NCBI GenBank assembly: GCA_964016885.1
Contig: OZ024740.1
Location: 441,130,001-441,194,000 of the forward strand
Reading direction: 5' to 3'
DNA length: 64,000 nucleotides
DNA from: Eledone cirrhosa
Lineage: Eukaryota
Shown here one piece after another: positions 18,401 through 33,400 of the stretch. Position 1 is the stretch's first letter. Each line of letters begins with the position of its first letter. The translations under genes were made by a program, and so were the position numbers. The notes beneath the pieces were generated by a model that saw only the letters and a list, made by a program, of their open reading frames with translations, searched no databases and was not told the DNA's origin.

Positions 18401-21400
18401 CAATCCAAAGTGACCATATATATGTCAAATCAAGTGACCAATTTAAAGTGACCATGTATATGTCAAATCAAGTGACCAATCCAAAGTGACCATGTATATG
18501 TCAAATCAAGTGACCAATCCAAAGTGACCATATATATGTCAAATCAAGTGACCAATCCAAAGTGACCATATATATGTCAAATCAAGTGACCAATCCAAAG
18601 TGACCATATACATGTCAAATCAAATGACCAATCCAAAGTGACCATATATATGTCAAATCAAGTGACCAATCCAAAGTGACCATATATATGTCAAATCAAG
18701 TGACCAATCCAAAGTGACCATATATATGTCAAATCAAGTGACCAATCCAAAGTGACCATATATATGTCAAATCAAGTGACCAATCCAAAGTGACCATGTA
18801 TATGTCAAATCAAGTGACCAATCCAAAGTGACCATGTGTATGTCAAATCAAGTGACCAATCCAAAGTGACCATGTATATGTCAAATCAAGTGACCAATCC
18901 AAAGTGACCATATATATGTCAAATCAAGTGACCAATCCAAAGTGACCATATATATGTCAAATCAAGTGACCAATCCAAAGTGACCATGTATATGTCAAAT
19001 CAAGTGACCAATCCAAAGTGACAATGTATATGTCAAATCAAGTGACCAATCCAAAGTGACCATATATATATCAAATCAAGTGACCAATCCAAAGTGACCA
19101 TATATATGTCAAATCAAGTGACCAATCCAAAGTGACCATGTATATGTCAAATCAAGTGACCAATCCAAAGTGACCATGTATATGTCAAATCAAGTGACCA
19201 ATCCAAAGTGACCATATATATGTCAAATCAAGTGACCAATCCAAAGTGACCATGTATATGTCAAATCAAGTGACCAATCCAAAGTGACCATGTATATGTC
19301 AAATCAAGTGACCAATCCAAAGTGACCATGTATATATCAAATCAAGTGACCAATCCAAAGTGACCATATATATGTCAAATCAAGTGACCAATCCAAAGTG
19401 ACCATGTATATGTCAAATCAAGTGACCAATCCAAAGTGACCATGTGTATGTCAAATCAAGTGACCAATCCAAAGTGACCATGTATATGTCAAATCAAGAG
19501 ACCAATCCAAAGTGACCATGTATATGTCAAATCAAGTGACCAATCCAAAGTGACCAGGAGTATGTCAAATCAAGTAACCAATCCAAAGTGACCATGTATA
19601 TGTCAAATCAAGTGACCAATCCAAAGTGACTATGTGTATGTCAAATCAAGTGACCAATCCAAAGTGACCATGTATATGTCAAATCAAGTGACCAATCCAA
19701 AGTGACCATGTATATGTCAAATCAAGTGACCAATCCAAAGTGACCATGTGTATGTCAAATCAAGTGACCAATCCAAAGTGACCATATATATGTCAAATCA
19801 AGTGACCAATCCAAAGTGACCATGTATATGTCAAATCAAGTGACCAATCCAAAGTGACCATATATATGTCAAATCAAGTGACCAATCCAAAGTGACCATG
19901 TATATGTCAAATCAAGTGACCAATCCAAAGTGACCATGTATATGTCAAATCAAGTGACCAATCCAAAGTGACCATATATATATCAAATCAAGTGACCAAT
20001 CCAAAGTGACCATGTACATGTCAAATCAAATGACCAATCTAAAGTGACCATGTATATGTCAAATCAAGTGACCAATCCAAAGTGACCATATATATGTCAA
20101 ATCAAGTGACCAATCCAACGTGACCATGTACATGTCAAATCAAGTGACCAATCCAAAGTGACCATGTGTATGTCAAAACAAGTGACCAATCCAAAGTGAC
20201 CATGTGTATGTCAAATCAAATGACCAATCCACAGTGACCATGTATATGTCAAATCAAGTGACCAATCCAAAGTGACCATGTACATGTCAAATCAAGTGAC
20301 CAATCCAAAGTGACCATATATATGTCAAATCAAGTGACCAATCCAAAGTGACCATGTGTATGTCAAATCAAGTGACCAATCCAAAGTGACCATGTACATG
20401 TCAAATCAAGTGACCAATCCAAAGTGACCATGTGTATGTCAAATCAAGTGACCAATCCAAAGTGACCATGTATATGTCAAATCAAATGACCAATCCAAAG
20501 TGACCATGTACATGTCAAATCAAGTGACCAATCCAAAGTGACCATGTATATGTCAAATCAAGTGACCAATCCAAAGTGACCATATATATGTCAAATCAAG
20601 TGACCAATCCAAAGTGACCATGTACATGTCAAATCAAGTGACCAATCCAAAGTGACCATATATATGTCAAATCAAATGACCAATTTAAAGTGACCATGTA
20701 TATGTCAAATCAAGTGACCAATCCAAAGTGACCATGTGTATGTCAAATCAAGTGACCAATCCAAAGTGACCATGTATATGTCAAATCAAGTGACCAATCC
20801 AAAGTGACCATATATATGTCAAATCAAGTGACCAATCCAAAGTGACCATGTATATGTCAAATCAAATGACCAATCCAAAGTGACCATGTATATGTCAAAT
20901 CAAGTGACCAATCCAAAGTGACCATATATATGTCAAATCAAGTGACCAATCCAAAGTGACCATGTATATGTCAAATCAAATGACCAATCCAAAGTGACCA
21001 TGTATATGTCAAATCAAGTGACCAATCCAAAGTGACCATGTATATGTCAAATCAAGTGACCAATCCAAAGTGACCATGTGTATGTCAAATCAAGTGACCA
21101 ATCCAAAGTGACCATATATATGTCAAATCAAGTGACCAATCCAAAGTGACCATATATATGTCAAATCAAGTGACCAATCCAAAGTGACCATGTACATGTC
21201 AAATCAAGTGACCAATCCAAAGTGACCATATATATGTCAAATCAAATGACCAATTTAAAGTGACCATGTATATGTCAAATCAAGTGACCAATCCAAAGTG
21301 ACCATGTGTATGTCAAATCAAGTGACCAATCCAAAGTGACCATGTATATGTCAAATCAAGTGACCAATCCAAAGTGACCATATATATGTCAAATCAAGTG

Positions 21401-24400
21401 ACCAATCCAAAGTGACCATGTATATGTCAAATCAAGTGACCAATCCAAAGTGACCATGTATATGTCAAATCAAGTGACCAATCCAAAGTGACCATGTGTA
21501 TGTCAAATCAAGTGACCAATCCAAAGTGACCATATATATGTCAAATCAAGTGACCAATCCAAAGTGACCATATATATGTCAAATCAAGTGACCAATCCAA
21601 AGTGACCATGTACATGTCAAATCAAGTGACCAATCCAAAGTGACCATATATATGTCAAATCAAATGACCAATTTAAAGTGACCATGTATATGTCAAATCA
21701 AGTGACCAATCCAAAGTGACCATGTGTATGTCAAATCAAGTGACCAATCCAAAGTGACCATGTATATGTCAAATCAAGTGACCAATCCAAAGTGACCATA
21801 TATATGTCAAATCAAGTGACCATTCCAAAGTGACCATGTATATGTCAAATCAAATGACCAATCCAAAGTGACCATGTATATGTCAAATCAAGTGACCAAT
21901 CCAAAGTGACCATGTATATGTCAAATCAAGTGACCAATCCAAAGTGACCATGTACATGTCAAATCAAGTGACCAATCTAAAGTGACCATGTATATGTCAA
22001 ATCAAGTGACCAATCCAAAGTGACCATGTATATGTCAAATCAAGTGACCAATCCAAAGTGACCATGTATATGTCAAATCAAGTGACCAATCCAAAGTGAC
22101 CATGTACATGTCAAATCAAGTGACCAATCTAAAGTGACCATATATATGTCAAATCAAATGACCAATTTAAAGTGACCATGTATATGTCAAATCAAGTGAC
22201 CAATCCAAAGTGACCATGTGTATGTCAAATCAAGTGACCAATCCAAAGTGACCATGTATATGTCAAATCAAGTGACCAATCCAAAGTGACCATATATATG
22301 TCAAATCAAGTGACCAATCCAAAGTGACCATGTATATGTCAAATCAAATGACCAATCCAAAGTGACCATGTATATGTCAAATCAAGTGACCAATCCAAAG
22401 TGACCATATATATGTCAAATCAAGTGACCAATCCAAAGTGACCATGTATATGTCAAATCAAATGACCAATCCAAAGTGACCATGTATATGTCAAATCAAG
22501 TGACCAATCCAAAGTGACCATGTATATGTCAAATCAAGTGACCAATCCAAAGTGACCATGTGTATGTCAAATCAAGTGACCAATCCAAAGTGACCATATA
22601 TATGTCAAATCAAGTGACCAATCCAAAGTGACCATGTATATGTCAAATCAAGTGACCAATCCAAAGTGACCATATATATGTCAAATCAAGTGACCAATCC
22701 AAAGTGACAATGTACATGTCAAATCAAGTGACCAATCCAAAGTGACCATATATATGTCAAATCAAATGACCAATTTAAAGTGACCATGTATATGTCAAAT
22801 CAAGTGACCAATCCAAAGTGACCATGTGTATGTCAAATCAAGTGACCAATCCAAAGTGACCATGTATATGTCAAATCAAGTGACCAATCCAAAGTGACCA
22901 TATATATGTCAAATCAAGTGACCAATCCAAAGTGACCATGTATATGTCAAATCAAGTGACCAATCCAAAGTGACCATGTATATGTCAAATCAAGTGACCA
23001 ATCCAAAGTGACCATATATATGTCAAATCAAATGACCAATCCAAAGTGACCATATATATGTCAAATCAAATGGCAATCCAAAGTGACCATGTATATGTCA
23101 AATCAAATGACCAATCCAAAGTGACCATATACATGTCAAATCAAATGACCAATCCAAAGTGACCATATATATGTCAAATCAAGTGACCAATTTAAAGTGA
23201 CCATGTATATGTCAAATCAAGTGACCAATCCAAAGTGACCATATATATGTCAAATCAAGTGACCATATATATGTCAACTCAAGTGACCAATCCAAAGTGA
23301 CCATATATATGTCAAATCAAGTGACCAATCCAAAGTGACAATGTATATGTCAAATCAAATGACCAATCCAAAGTGACCATATATATGTCAAATCAAATGA
23401 CCAATCCAAAGTGACCATATATATATGTCAAATCAAATGACCAATCCAAAGTGACCATATACATGTCAAATCAAATGACCAATCCAAAGTGACCATATAT
23501 ATGTCAAATCAAGTGACCAATTTAAAGTGACCATGTATATGTCAAATCAAGTGACCAATCCAAAGTGACCATGTATATGTCAAATCAAGTGACCAATCCA
23601 AAGTGACCATATATATGTCAAATCAAGTGACCAATCCAAAGTGACCATATATATGTCAAATCAAGTGACCAATCCAAAGTGACCATATACATGTCAAATC
23701 AAATGACCAATCCAAAGTGACCATATATATGTCAAATCAAGTGACCAATCCAAAGTGACCATATATATGTCAAATCAAGTGACCAATCCAAAGTGACCAT
23801 ATATATGTCAAATCAAGTGACCAATCCAAAGTGACCATATATATGTCAAATCAAGTGACCAATCCAAAGTGACCATGTATATGTCAAATCAAGTGACCAA
23901 TCCAAAGTGACCATGTGTATGTCAAATCAAGTGACCAATCCAAAGTGACCATGTATATGTCAAATCAAGTGACCAATCCAAAGTGACCATATATATGTCA
24001 AATCAAGTGACCAATCCAAAGTGACCATATATATGTCAAATCAAGTGACCAATCCAAAGTGACCATGTATATGTCAAATCAAGTGACCAATCCAAAGTGA
24101 CAATGTATATGTCAAATCAAGTGACCAATCCAAAGTGACCATATATATATCAAATCAAGTGACCAATCCAAAGTGACCATATATATGTCAAATCAAGTGA
24201 CCAATCCAAAGTGACCATGTATATGTCAAATCAAGTGACCAATCCAAAGTGACCATGTATATGTCAAATCAAGTGACCAATCCAAAGTGACCATATATAT
24301 GTCAAATCAAGTGACCAATCCAAAGTGACCATGTATATGTCAAATCAAGTGACCAATCCAAAGTGACCATGTATATGTCAAATCAAGTGACCAATCCAAA

Positions 24401-27400
24401 GTGACCATGTATATATCAAATCAAGTGACCAATCCAAAGTGACCATATATATGTCAAATCAAGTGACCAATCCAAAGTGACCATGTATATGTCAAATCAA
24501 GTGACCAATCCAAAGTGACCATGTGTATGTCAAATCAAGTGACCAATCCAAAGTGACCATGTATATGTCAAATCAAGAGACCAATCCAAAGTGACCATGT
24601 ATATGTCAAATCAAGTGACCAATCCAAAGTGACCAGGAGTATGTCAAATCAAGTAACCAATCCAAAGTGACCATGTATATGTCAAATCAAGTGACCAATC
24701 CAAAGTGACTATGTGTATGTCAAATCAAGTGACCAATCCAAAGTGACCATGTATATGTCAAATCAAGTGACCAATCCAAAGTGACCATGTATATGTCAAA
24801 TCAAGTGACCAATCCAAAGTGACCATGTGTATGTCAAATCAAGTGACCAATCCAAAGTGACCATATATATGTCAAATCAAGTGACCAATCCAAAGTGACC
24901 ATGTATATGTCAAATCAAGTGACCAATCCAAAGTGACCATATATATGTCAAATCAAGTGACCAATCCAAAGTGACCATGTATATGTCAAATCAAGTGACC
25001 AATCCAAAGTGACCATGTATATGTCAAATCAAGTGACCAATCCAAAGTGACCATATATATATCAAATCAAGTGACCAATCCAAAGTGACCATGTACATGT
25101 CAAATCAAATGACCAATCTAAAGTGACCATGTATATGTCAAATCAAGTGACCAATCCAAAGTGACCATATATATGTCAAATCAAGTGACCAATCCAACGT
25201 GACCATGTACATGTCAAATCAAGTGACCAATCCAAAGTGACCATGTGTATGTCAAAACAAGTGACCAATCCAAAGTGACCATGTGTATGTCAAATCAAAT
25301 GACCAATCCACAGTGACCATGTATATGTCAAATCAAGTGACCAATCCAAAGTGACCATGTACATGTCAAATCAAGTGACCAATCCAAAGTGACCATATAT
25401 ATGTCAAATCAAGTGACCAATCCAAAGTGACCATGTGTATGTCAAATCAAGTGACCAATCCAAAGTGACCATGTACATGTCAAATCAAGTGACCAATCCA
25501 AAGTGACCATGTGTATGTCAAATCAAGTGACCAATCCAAAGTGACCATGTATATGTCAAATCAAATGACCAATCCAAAGTGACCATGTACATGTCAAATC
25601 AAGTGACCAATCCAAAGTGACCATGTATATGTCAAATCAAGTGACCAATCCAAAGTGACCATATATATGTCAAATCAAGTGACCAATCCAAAGTGACCAT
25701 GTACATGTCAAATCAAGTGACCAATCCAAAGTGACCATATATATGTCAAATCAAATGACCAATTTAAAGTGACCATGTATATGTCAAATCAAGTGACCAA
25801 TCCAAAGTGACCATGTGTATGTCAAATCAAGTGACCAATCCAAAGTGACCATGTATATGTCAAATCAAGTGACCAATCCAAAGTGACCATATATATGTCA
25901 AATCAAGTGACCAATCCAAAGTGACCATGTATATGTCAAATCAAATGACCAATCCAAAGTGACCATGTATATGTCAAATCAAGTGACCAATCCAAAGTGA
26001 CCATATATATGTCAAATCAAGTGACCAATCCAAAGTGACCATGTATATGTCAAATCAAATGACCAATCCAAAGTGACCATGTATATGTCAAATCAAGTGA
26101 CCAATCCAAAGTGACCATGTATATGTCAAATCAAGTGACCAATCCAAAGTGACCATGTGTATGTCAAATCAAGTGACCAATCCAAAGTGACCATATATAT
26201 GTCAAATCAAGTGACCAATCCAAAGTGACCATATATATGTCAAATCAAGTGACCAATCCAAAGTGACCATGTACATGTCAAATCAAGTGACCAATCCAAA
26301 GTGACCATATATATGTCAAATCAAATGACCAATTTAAAGTGACCATGTATATGTCAAATCAAGTGACCAATCCAAAGTGACCATGTGTATGTCAAATCAA
26401 GTGACCAATCCAAAGTGACCATGTATATGTCAAATCAAGTGACCAATCCAAAGTGACCATATATATGTCAAATCAAGTGACCAATCCAAAGTGACCATGT
26501 ATATGTCAAATCAAGTGACCAATCCAAAGTGACCATGTATATGTCAAATCAAGTGACCAATCCAAAGTGACCATGTGTATGTCAAATCAAGTGACCAATC
26601 CAAAGTGACCATATATATGTCAAATCAAGTGACCAATCCAAAGTGACCATATATATGTCAAATCAAGTGACCAATCCAAAGTGACCATGTACATGTCAAA
26701 TCAAGTGACCAATCCAAAGTGACCATATATATGTCAAATCAAATGACCAATTTAAAGTGACCATGTATATGTCAAATCAAGTGACCAATCCAAAGTGACC
26801 ATGTGTATGTCAAATCAAGTGACCAATCCAAAGTGACCATGTATATGTCAAATCAAGTGACCAATCCAAAGTGACCATATATATGTCAAATCAAGTGACC
26901 ATTCCAAAGTGACCATGTATATGTCAAATCAAATGACCAATCCAAAGTGACCATGTATATGTCAAATCAAGTGACCAATCCAAAGTGACCATGTATATGT
27001 CAAATCAAGTGACCAATCCAAAGTGACCATGTACATGTCAAATCAAGTGACCAATCTAAAGTGACCATGTATATGTCAAATCAAGTGACCAATCCAAAGT
27101 GACCATGTATATGTCAAATCAAGTGACCAATCCAAAGTGACCATGTATATGTCAAATCAAGTGACCAATCCAAAGTGACCATGTACATGTCAAATCAAGT
27201 GACCAATCTAAAGTGACCATATATATATCAAATCAAATGACCAATTTAAAGTGACCATGTATATGTCAAATCAAGTGACCAATCCAAAGTGACCATGTGT
27301 ATGTCAAATCAAGTGACCAATCCAAAGTGACCATGTATATGTCAAATCAAGTGACCAATCCAAAGTGACCATATATATGTCAAATCAAGTGACCAATCCA

Positions 27401-30400
27401 AAGTGACCATGTATATGTCAAATCAAATGACCAATCCAAAGTGACCATGTATATGTCAAATCAAGTGACCAATCCAAAGTGACCATATATATGTCAAATC
27501 AAGTGACCAATCCAAAGTGACCATGTATATGTCAAATCAAATGACCAATCCAAAGTGACCATGTATATGTCAAATCAAGTGACCAATCCAAAGTGACCAT
27601 GTATATGTCAAATCAAGTGACCAATCCAAAGTGACCATGTGTATGTCAAATCAAGTGACCAATCCAAAGTGACCATATATATGTCAAATCAAGTGACCAA
27701 TCCAAAGTGACCATGTATATGTCAAATCAAGTGACCAATCCAAAGTGACCATATATATGTCAAATCAAGTGACCAATCCAAAGTGACAATGTACATGTCA
27801 AATCAAGTGACCAATCCAAAGTGACCATATATATGTCAAATCAAATGACCAATTTAAAGTGACCATGTATATGTCAAATCAAGTGACCAATCCAAAGTGA
27901 CCATGTGTATGTCAAATCAAGTGACCAATCCAAAGTGACCATGTATATGTCAAATCAAGTGACCAATCCAAAGTGACCATATATATGTCAAATCAAGTGA
28001 CCAATCCAAAGTGACCATGTATATGTCAAATCAAGTGACCAATCCAAAGTGACCATGTATATGTCAAATCAAGTGACCAATCCAAAGTGACCATATATAT
28101 GTCAAATCAAATGACCAATCCAAAGTGACCATATATATGTCAAATCAAATGGCAATCCAAAGTGACCATGTATATGTCAAATCAAATGACCAATCCAAAG
28201 TGACCATATACATGTCAAATCAAATGACCAATCCAAAGTGACCATATATATGTCAAATCAAGTGACCAATTTAAAGTGACCATGTATATGTCAAATCAAG
28301 TGACCAATCCAAAGTGACCATATATATGTCAAATCAAGTGACCATATATATGTCAACTCAAGTGACCAATCCAAAGTGACCATATATATGTCAAATCAAG
28401 TGACCAATCCAAAGTGACAATGTATATGTCAAATCAAATGACCAATCCAAAGTGACCATATATATGTCAAATCAAATGACCAATCCAAAGTGACCATATA
28501 TATATGTCAAATCAAATGACCAATCCAAAGTGACCATATACATGTCAAATCAAATGACCAATCCAAAGTGACCATATATATGTCAAATCAAGTGACCAAT
28601 TTAAAGTGACCATGTATATGTCAAATCAAGTGACCAATCCAAAGTGACCATGTATATGTCAAATCAAGTGACCAATCCAAAGTGACCATATATATGTCAA
28701 ATCAAGTGACCAATCCAAAGTGACCATATATATGTCAAATCAAGTGACCAATCCAAAGTGACCATATACATGTCAAATCAAATGACCAATCCAAAGTGAC
28801 CATATATATGTCAAATCAAGTGACCAATCCAAAGTGACCATATATATGTCAAATCAAGTGACCAATCCAAAGTGACCATATATATGTCAAATCAAGTGAC
28901 CAATCCAAAGTGACCATATATATGTCAAATCAAGTGACCAATCCAAAGTGACCATGTATATGTCAAATCAAGTGACCAATCCAAAGTGACCATGTGTATG
29001 TCAAATCAAGTGACCAATCCAAAGTGACCATGTATATGTCAAATCAAGTGACCAATCCAAAGTGACCATATATATGTCAAATCAAGTGACCAATCCAAAG
29101 TGACCATATATATGTCAAATCAAGTGACCAATCCAAAGTGACCATGTATATGTCAAATCAAGTGACCAATCCAAAGTGACAATGTATATGTCAAATCAAG
29201 TGACCAATCCAAAGTGACCATATATATATCAAATCAAGTGACCAATCCAAAGTGACCATATATATGTCAAATCAAGTGACCAATCCAAAGTGACCATGTA
29301 TATGTCAAATCAAGTGACCAATCCAAAGTGACCATGTATATGTCAAATCAAGTGACCAATCCAAAGTGACCATATATATGTCAAATCAAGTGACCAATCC
29401 AAAGTGACCATGTATATGTCAAATCAAGTGACCAATCCAAAGTGACCATGTATATGTCAAATCAAGTGACCAATCCAAAGTGACCATGTATATATCAAAT
29501 CAAGTGACCAATCCAAAGTGACCATATATATGTCAAATCAAGTGACCAATCCAAAGTGACCATGTATATGTCAAATCAAGTGACCAATCCAAAGTGACCA
29601 TGTGTATGTCAAATCAAGTGACCAATCCAAAGTGACCATGTATATGTCAAATCAAGAGACCAATCCAAAGTGACCATGTATATGTCAAATCAAGTGACCA
29701 ATCCAAAGTGACCAGGAGTATGTCAAATCAAGTAACCAATCCAAAGTGACCATGTATATGTCAAATCAAGTGACCAATCCAAAGTGACTATGTGTATGTC
29801 AAATCAAGTGACCAATCCAAAGTGACCATGTATATGTCAAATCAAGTGACCAATCCAAAGTGACCATGTATATGTCAAATCAAGTGACCAATCCAAAGTG
29901 ACCATGTGTATGTCAAATCAAGTGACCAATCCAAAGTGACCATATATATGTCAAATCAAGTGACCAATCCAAAGTGACCATGTATATGTCAAATCAAGTG
30001 ACCAATCCAAAGTGACCATATATATGTCAAATCAAGTGACCAATCCAAAGTGACCATGTATATGTCAAATCAAGTGACCAATCCAAAGTGACCATGTATA
30101 TGTCAAATCAAGTGACCAATCCAAAGTGACCATATATATATCAAATCAAGTGACCAATCCAAAGTGACCATGTACATGTCAAATCAAATGACCAATCTAA
30201 AGTGACCATGTATATGTCAAATCAAGTGACCAATCCAAAGTGACCATATATATGTCAAATCAAGTGACCAATCCAACGTGACCATGTACATGTCAAATCA
30301 AGTGACCAATCCAAAGTGACCATGTGTATGTCAAAACAAGTGACCAATCCAAAGTGACCATGTGTATGTCAAATCAAATGACCAATCCACAGTGACCATG

Positions 30401-33400
30401 TATATGTCAAATCAAGTGACCAATCCAAAGTGACCATGTACATGTCAAATCAAGTGACCAATCCAAAGTGACCATATATATGTCAAATCAAGTGACCAAT
30501 CCAAAGTGACCATGTGTATGTCAAATCAAGTGACCAATCCAGAGTGACCATGTACATGTCAAATCAAGTGACCAATCCAAAGTGACCATGTGTATGTCAA
30601 ATCAAGTGACCAATCCAAAGTGACCATGTATATGTCAAATCAAATGACCAATCCAAAGTGACCATGTACATGTCAAATCAAGTGACCAATCCAAAGTGAC
30701 CATGTATATGTCAAATCAAATGACCAATCCAAAGTCACCATATATATGTCAAATCAAATGACCAATCCAAAGTGACCATGTGTATGTCAAATCAAGTGAC
30801 CAATCCAAAGTGACCATATATATGTCAAATCAAGTGACCAATCCAAAGTGACCATGTACATGTCAAATCAAGTGACCAATCCAAAGTGACCATGTATATG
30901 TCAAATCAAGTGACCAATCAAAAGTGACCATATATATGTCAAATCAAGTGACCAATCCAAAGTGACCATGTACATGTCAAATCAAGTGACCAATCCAAAG
31001 TGACCATGTATATGTCAAATCAAGTGACCAATCCAAAGTGACCATATATATGTCAAATCAAGTGACCAATCCAAAGTGACCATGTATATGTCAAATCAAC
31101 TGACCAATCCAAAGTGACCATATATATGTCAAATCAAGTGACCAATCCAAAGTGACCATGTATATGTCAAATCAAATGACCAATCCAAAGTGACCATGTA
31201 TATGTCAAATCAAGTGACCAATCCAAAGTGACAATGTATATGTCAAATCAAGTGACCAATCCAAAGTGACCATATATATGTCAAATCAAATGACCAATCC
31301 AAAGTGACCATGTATATGTCAAATCAAATGACCAATCCAAAGTGACCATATATATGTCCAATCAAGTGACCAATCCAAAGTGACCATGTATATGTCAAAT
31401 CAAGTGACCAATCCAAAGTGACCATGTACATGTCAAATCAAATGACCAATCTAAAGTGACCATATATATGTCAAATCAAGTGACCAATCCAAAGTGACCA
31501 TGTATATGTCAAATCAAATGACCAATCTAAAGTGACCATATATATGTCAAATCAATTGACCAATCCAAAGTGACCATGTATATGTCAAATCAAGTGACCA
31601 ATCCAAAGTGACCATATATATGTCAAATCAAGTGACCAATCCAAAGTGACCATGTATATGTCAAATCAAGTGACCAATCCAAAGTGAGCATGTATATGTC
31701 AAATCAAGTGACCAATCCAAAGTGACCATATATATATGTCAAATCAAGTGGCCAATCCAAAGTGACCATGTACATGTCAAATCAAGTGACCAATCTAAAG
31801 TGACCATGTATATGTCAAATCAAGTGACCAATCCAAAGTGACCATGTATATGTCAAATCAAGTGACCAATCCAAAGTGACCATGTATATGTCAAATCAAG
31901 TGACCAATCCAAAGTGACCATGTACATGTCAAATCAAGTGACCAATCTAAAGTGACCATGTATATGTCAAATCAAGTGACCAATCCAAAGTGACCATATA
32001 TATGTCAAATCAAATGACCAATCCAAAGTGACCATATATATGTCAAATCAAATGACCAATCCAAAGTGACCATATATATGTCAAATCAAGTGGCCAATCC
32101 AAAGTGAACATGTATATGTCAAATCAAATGACCAATCCAAAGTGACCATATATATGTCAAATCAAGTGACCAATTTAAAGTGACCATGTATATGTCATAT
32201 CAAGTGACCAATCCAAAGTGACCATATATATGTCAAATCAAGTGACCAATCCAAAGTGACCATATATATGTCAAATCAAGTGACCAATCCAAAGTGACCA
32301 TGTGTATGTCAAATCAAGTGACCAATCCAAAGTGACCATATATATGTCAAATCAAATGACCAATCCAAAGTGACCATATATATGTCAAATCAAATGACCA
32401 ATCCAAAGTGACCATGTGTATGTCAAATCAAGTGACCAATCCAAAGTGACCATGTATATGTCAAATCAAATGACCAATCCAAAGTGACCATATATATGTC
32501 AAATCAAATGGCAATCCAAAGTGACCATGTATATGTCAAATCAAATGACCAATCCAAAGTGACCATATACATGTCAAATCAAATGACCAATCCAAAGTGA
32601 CCATATATATGTCAAATCAAGTGACCAATTTAAAGTGACCATGTATATGTCAAATCAAGTGACCAATCCAAAGTGACCATATATATGTCAAATCAAGTGA
32701 CCATATATATGTGAAATCAAGTGACCAATCCAAAGTGACCATATATATGTCAAATCAAGTGACCAATCCAAAGTGACAATGTATATGTCAAATCAAATGA
32801 CCAATCCAAAGTGACCATATATATATGTCAAATTAAATGACCAATCCAAAGTGACCATATATATGTCAAATCAAATGACCAATCCAAAGTGACCATATAT
32901 ATGTCAAATCAAATGACCAATCCAAAGTGACCATATACATGTCAAATCAAATGACCAATCCAAAGTGACCATATATATGTCAAATCAAGTGACCAATTTA
33001 AAGTGACCATGTATATGTCAAATCAAGTGACCAATCCAAAGTGACCATGTATATGTCAAATCAAGTGACCAATCCAAAGTGACCATATATATGTCAAATC
33101 AAGTGACCAATCCAAAGTGACCATATATATGTCAAATCAAGTGACCAATCCAAAGTGACCATATATATGTCAAATCAAATGTCCAATCCAAAGTGACCAT
33201 ATACATGTCAAATCAAATGACCAATCCAAAGTGACCATATATATGTCAAATCAAGTGACCAATCCAAAGTGACCATATATATGTCAAATCAAGTGACCAA
33301 TCCAAAGTGACCATATATATGTCAAATCAAGTGACCAATCCAAAGTGACCATGTATATGTCAAATCAAGTGACCAATCCAAAGTGACCATATATATGTCA

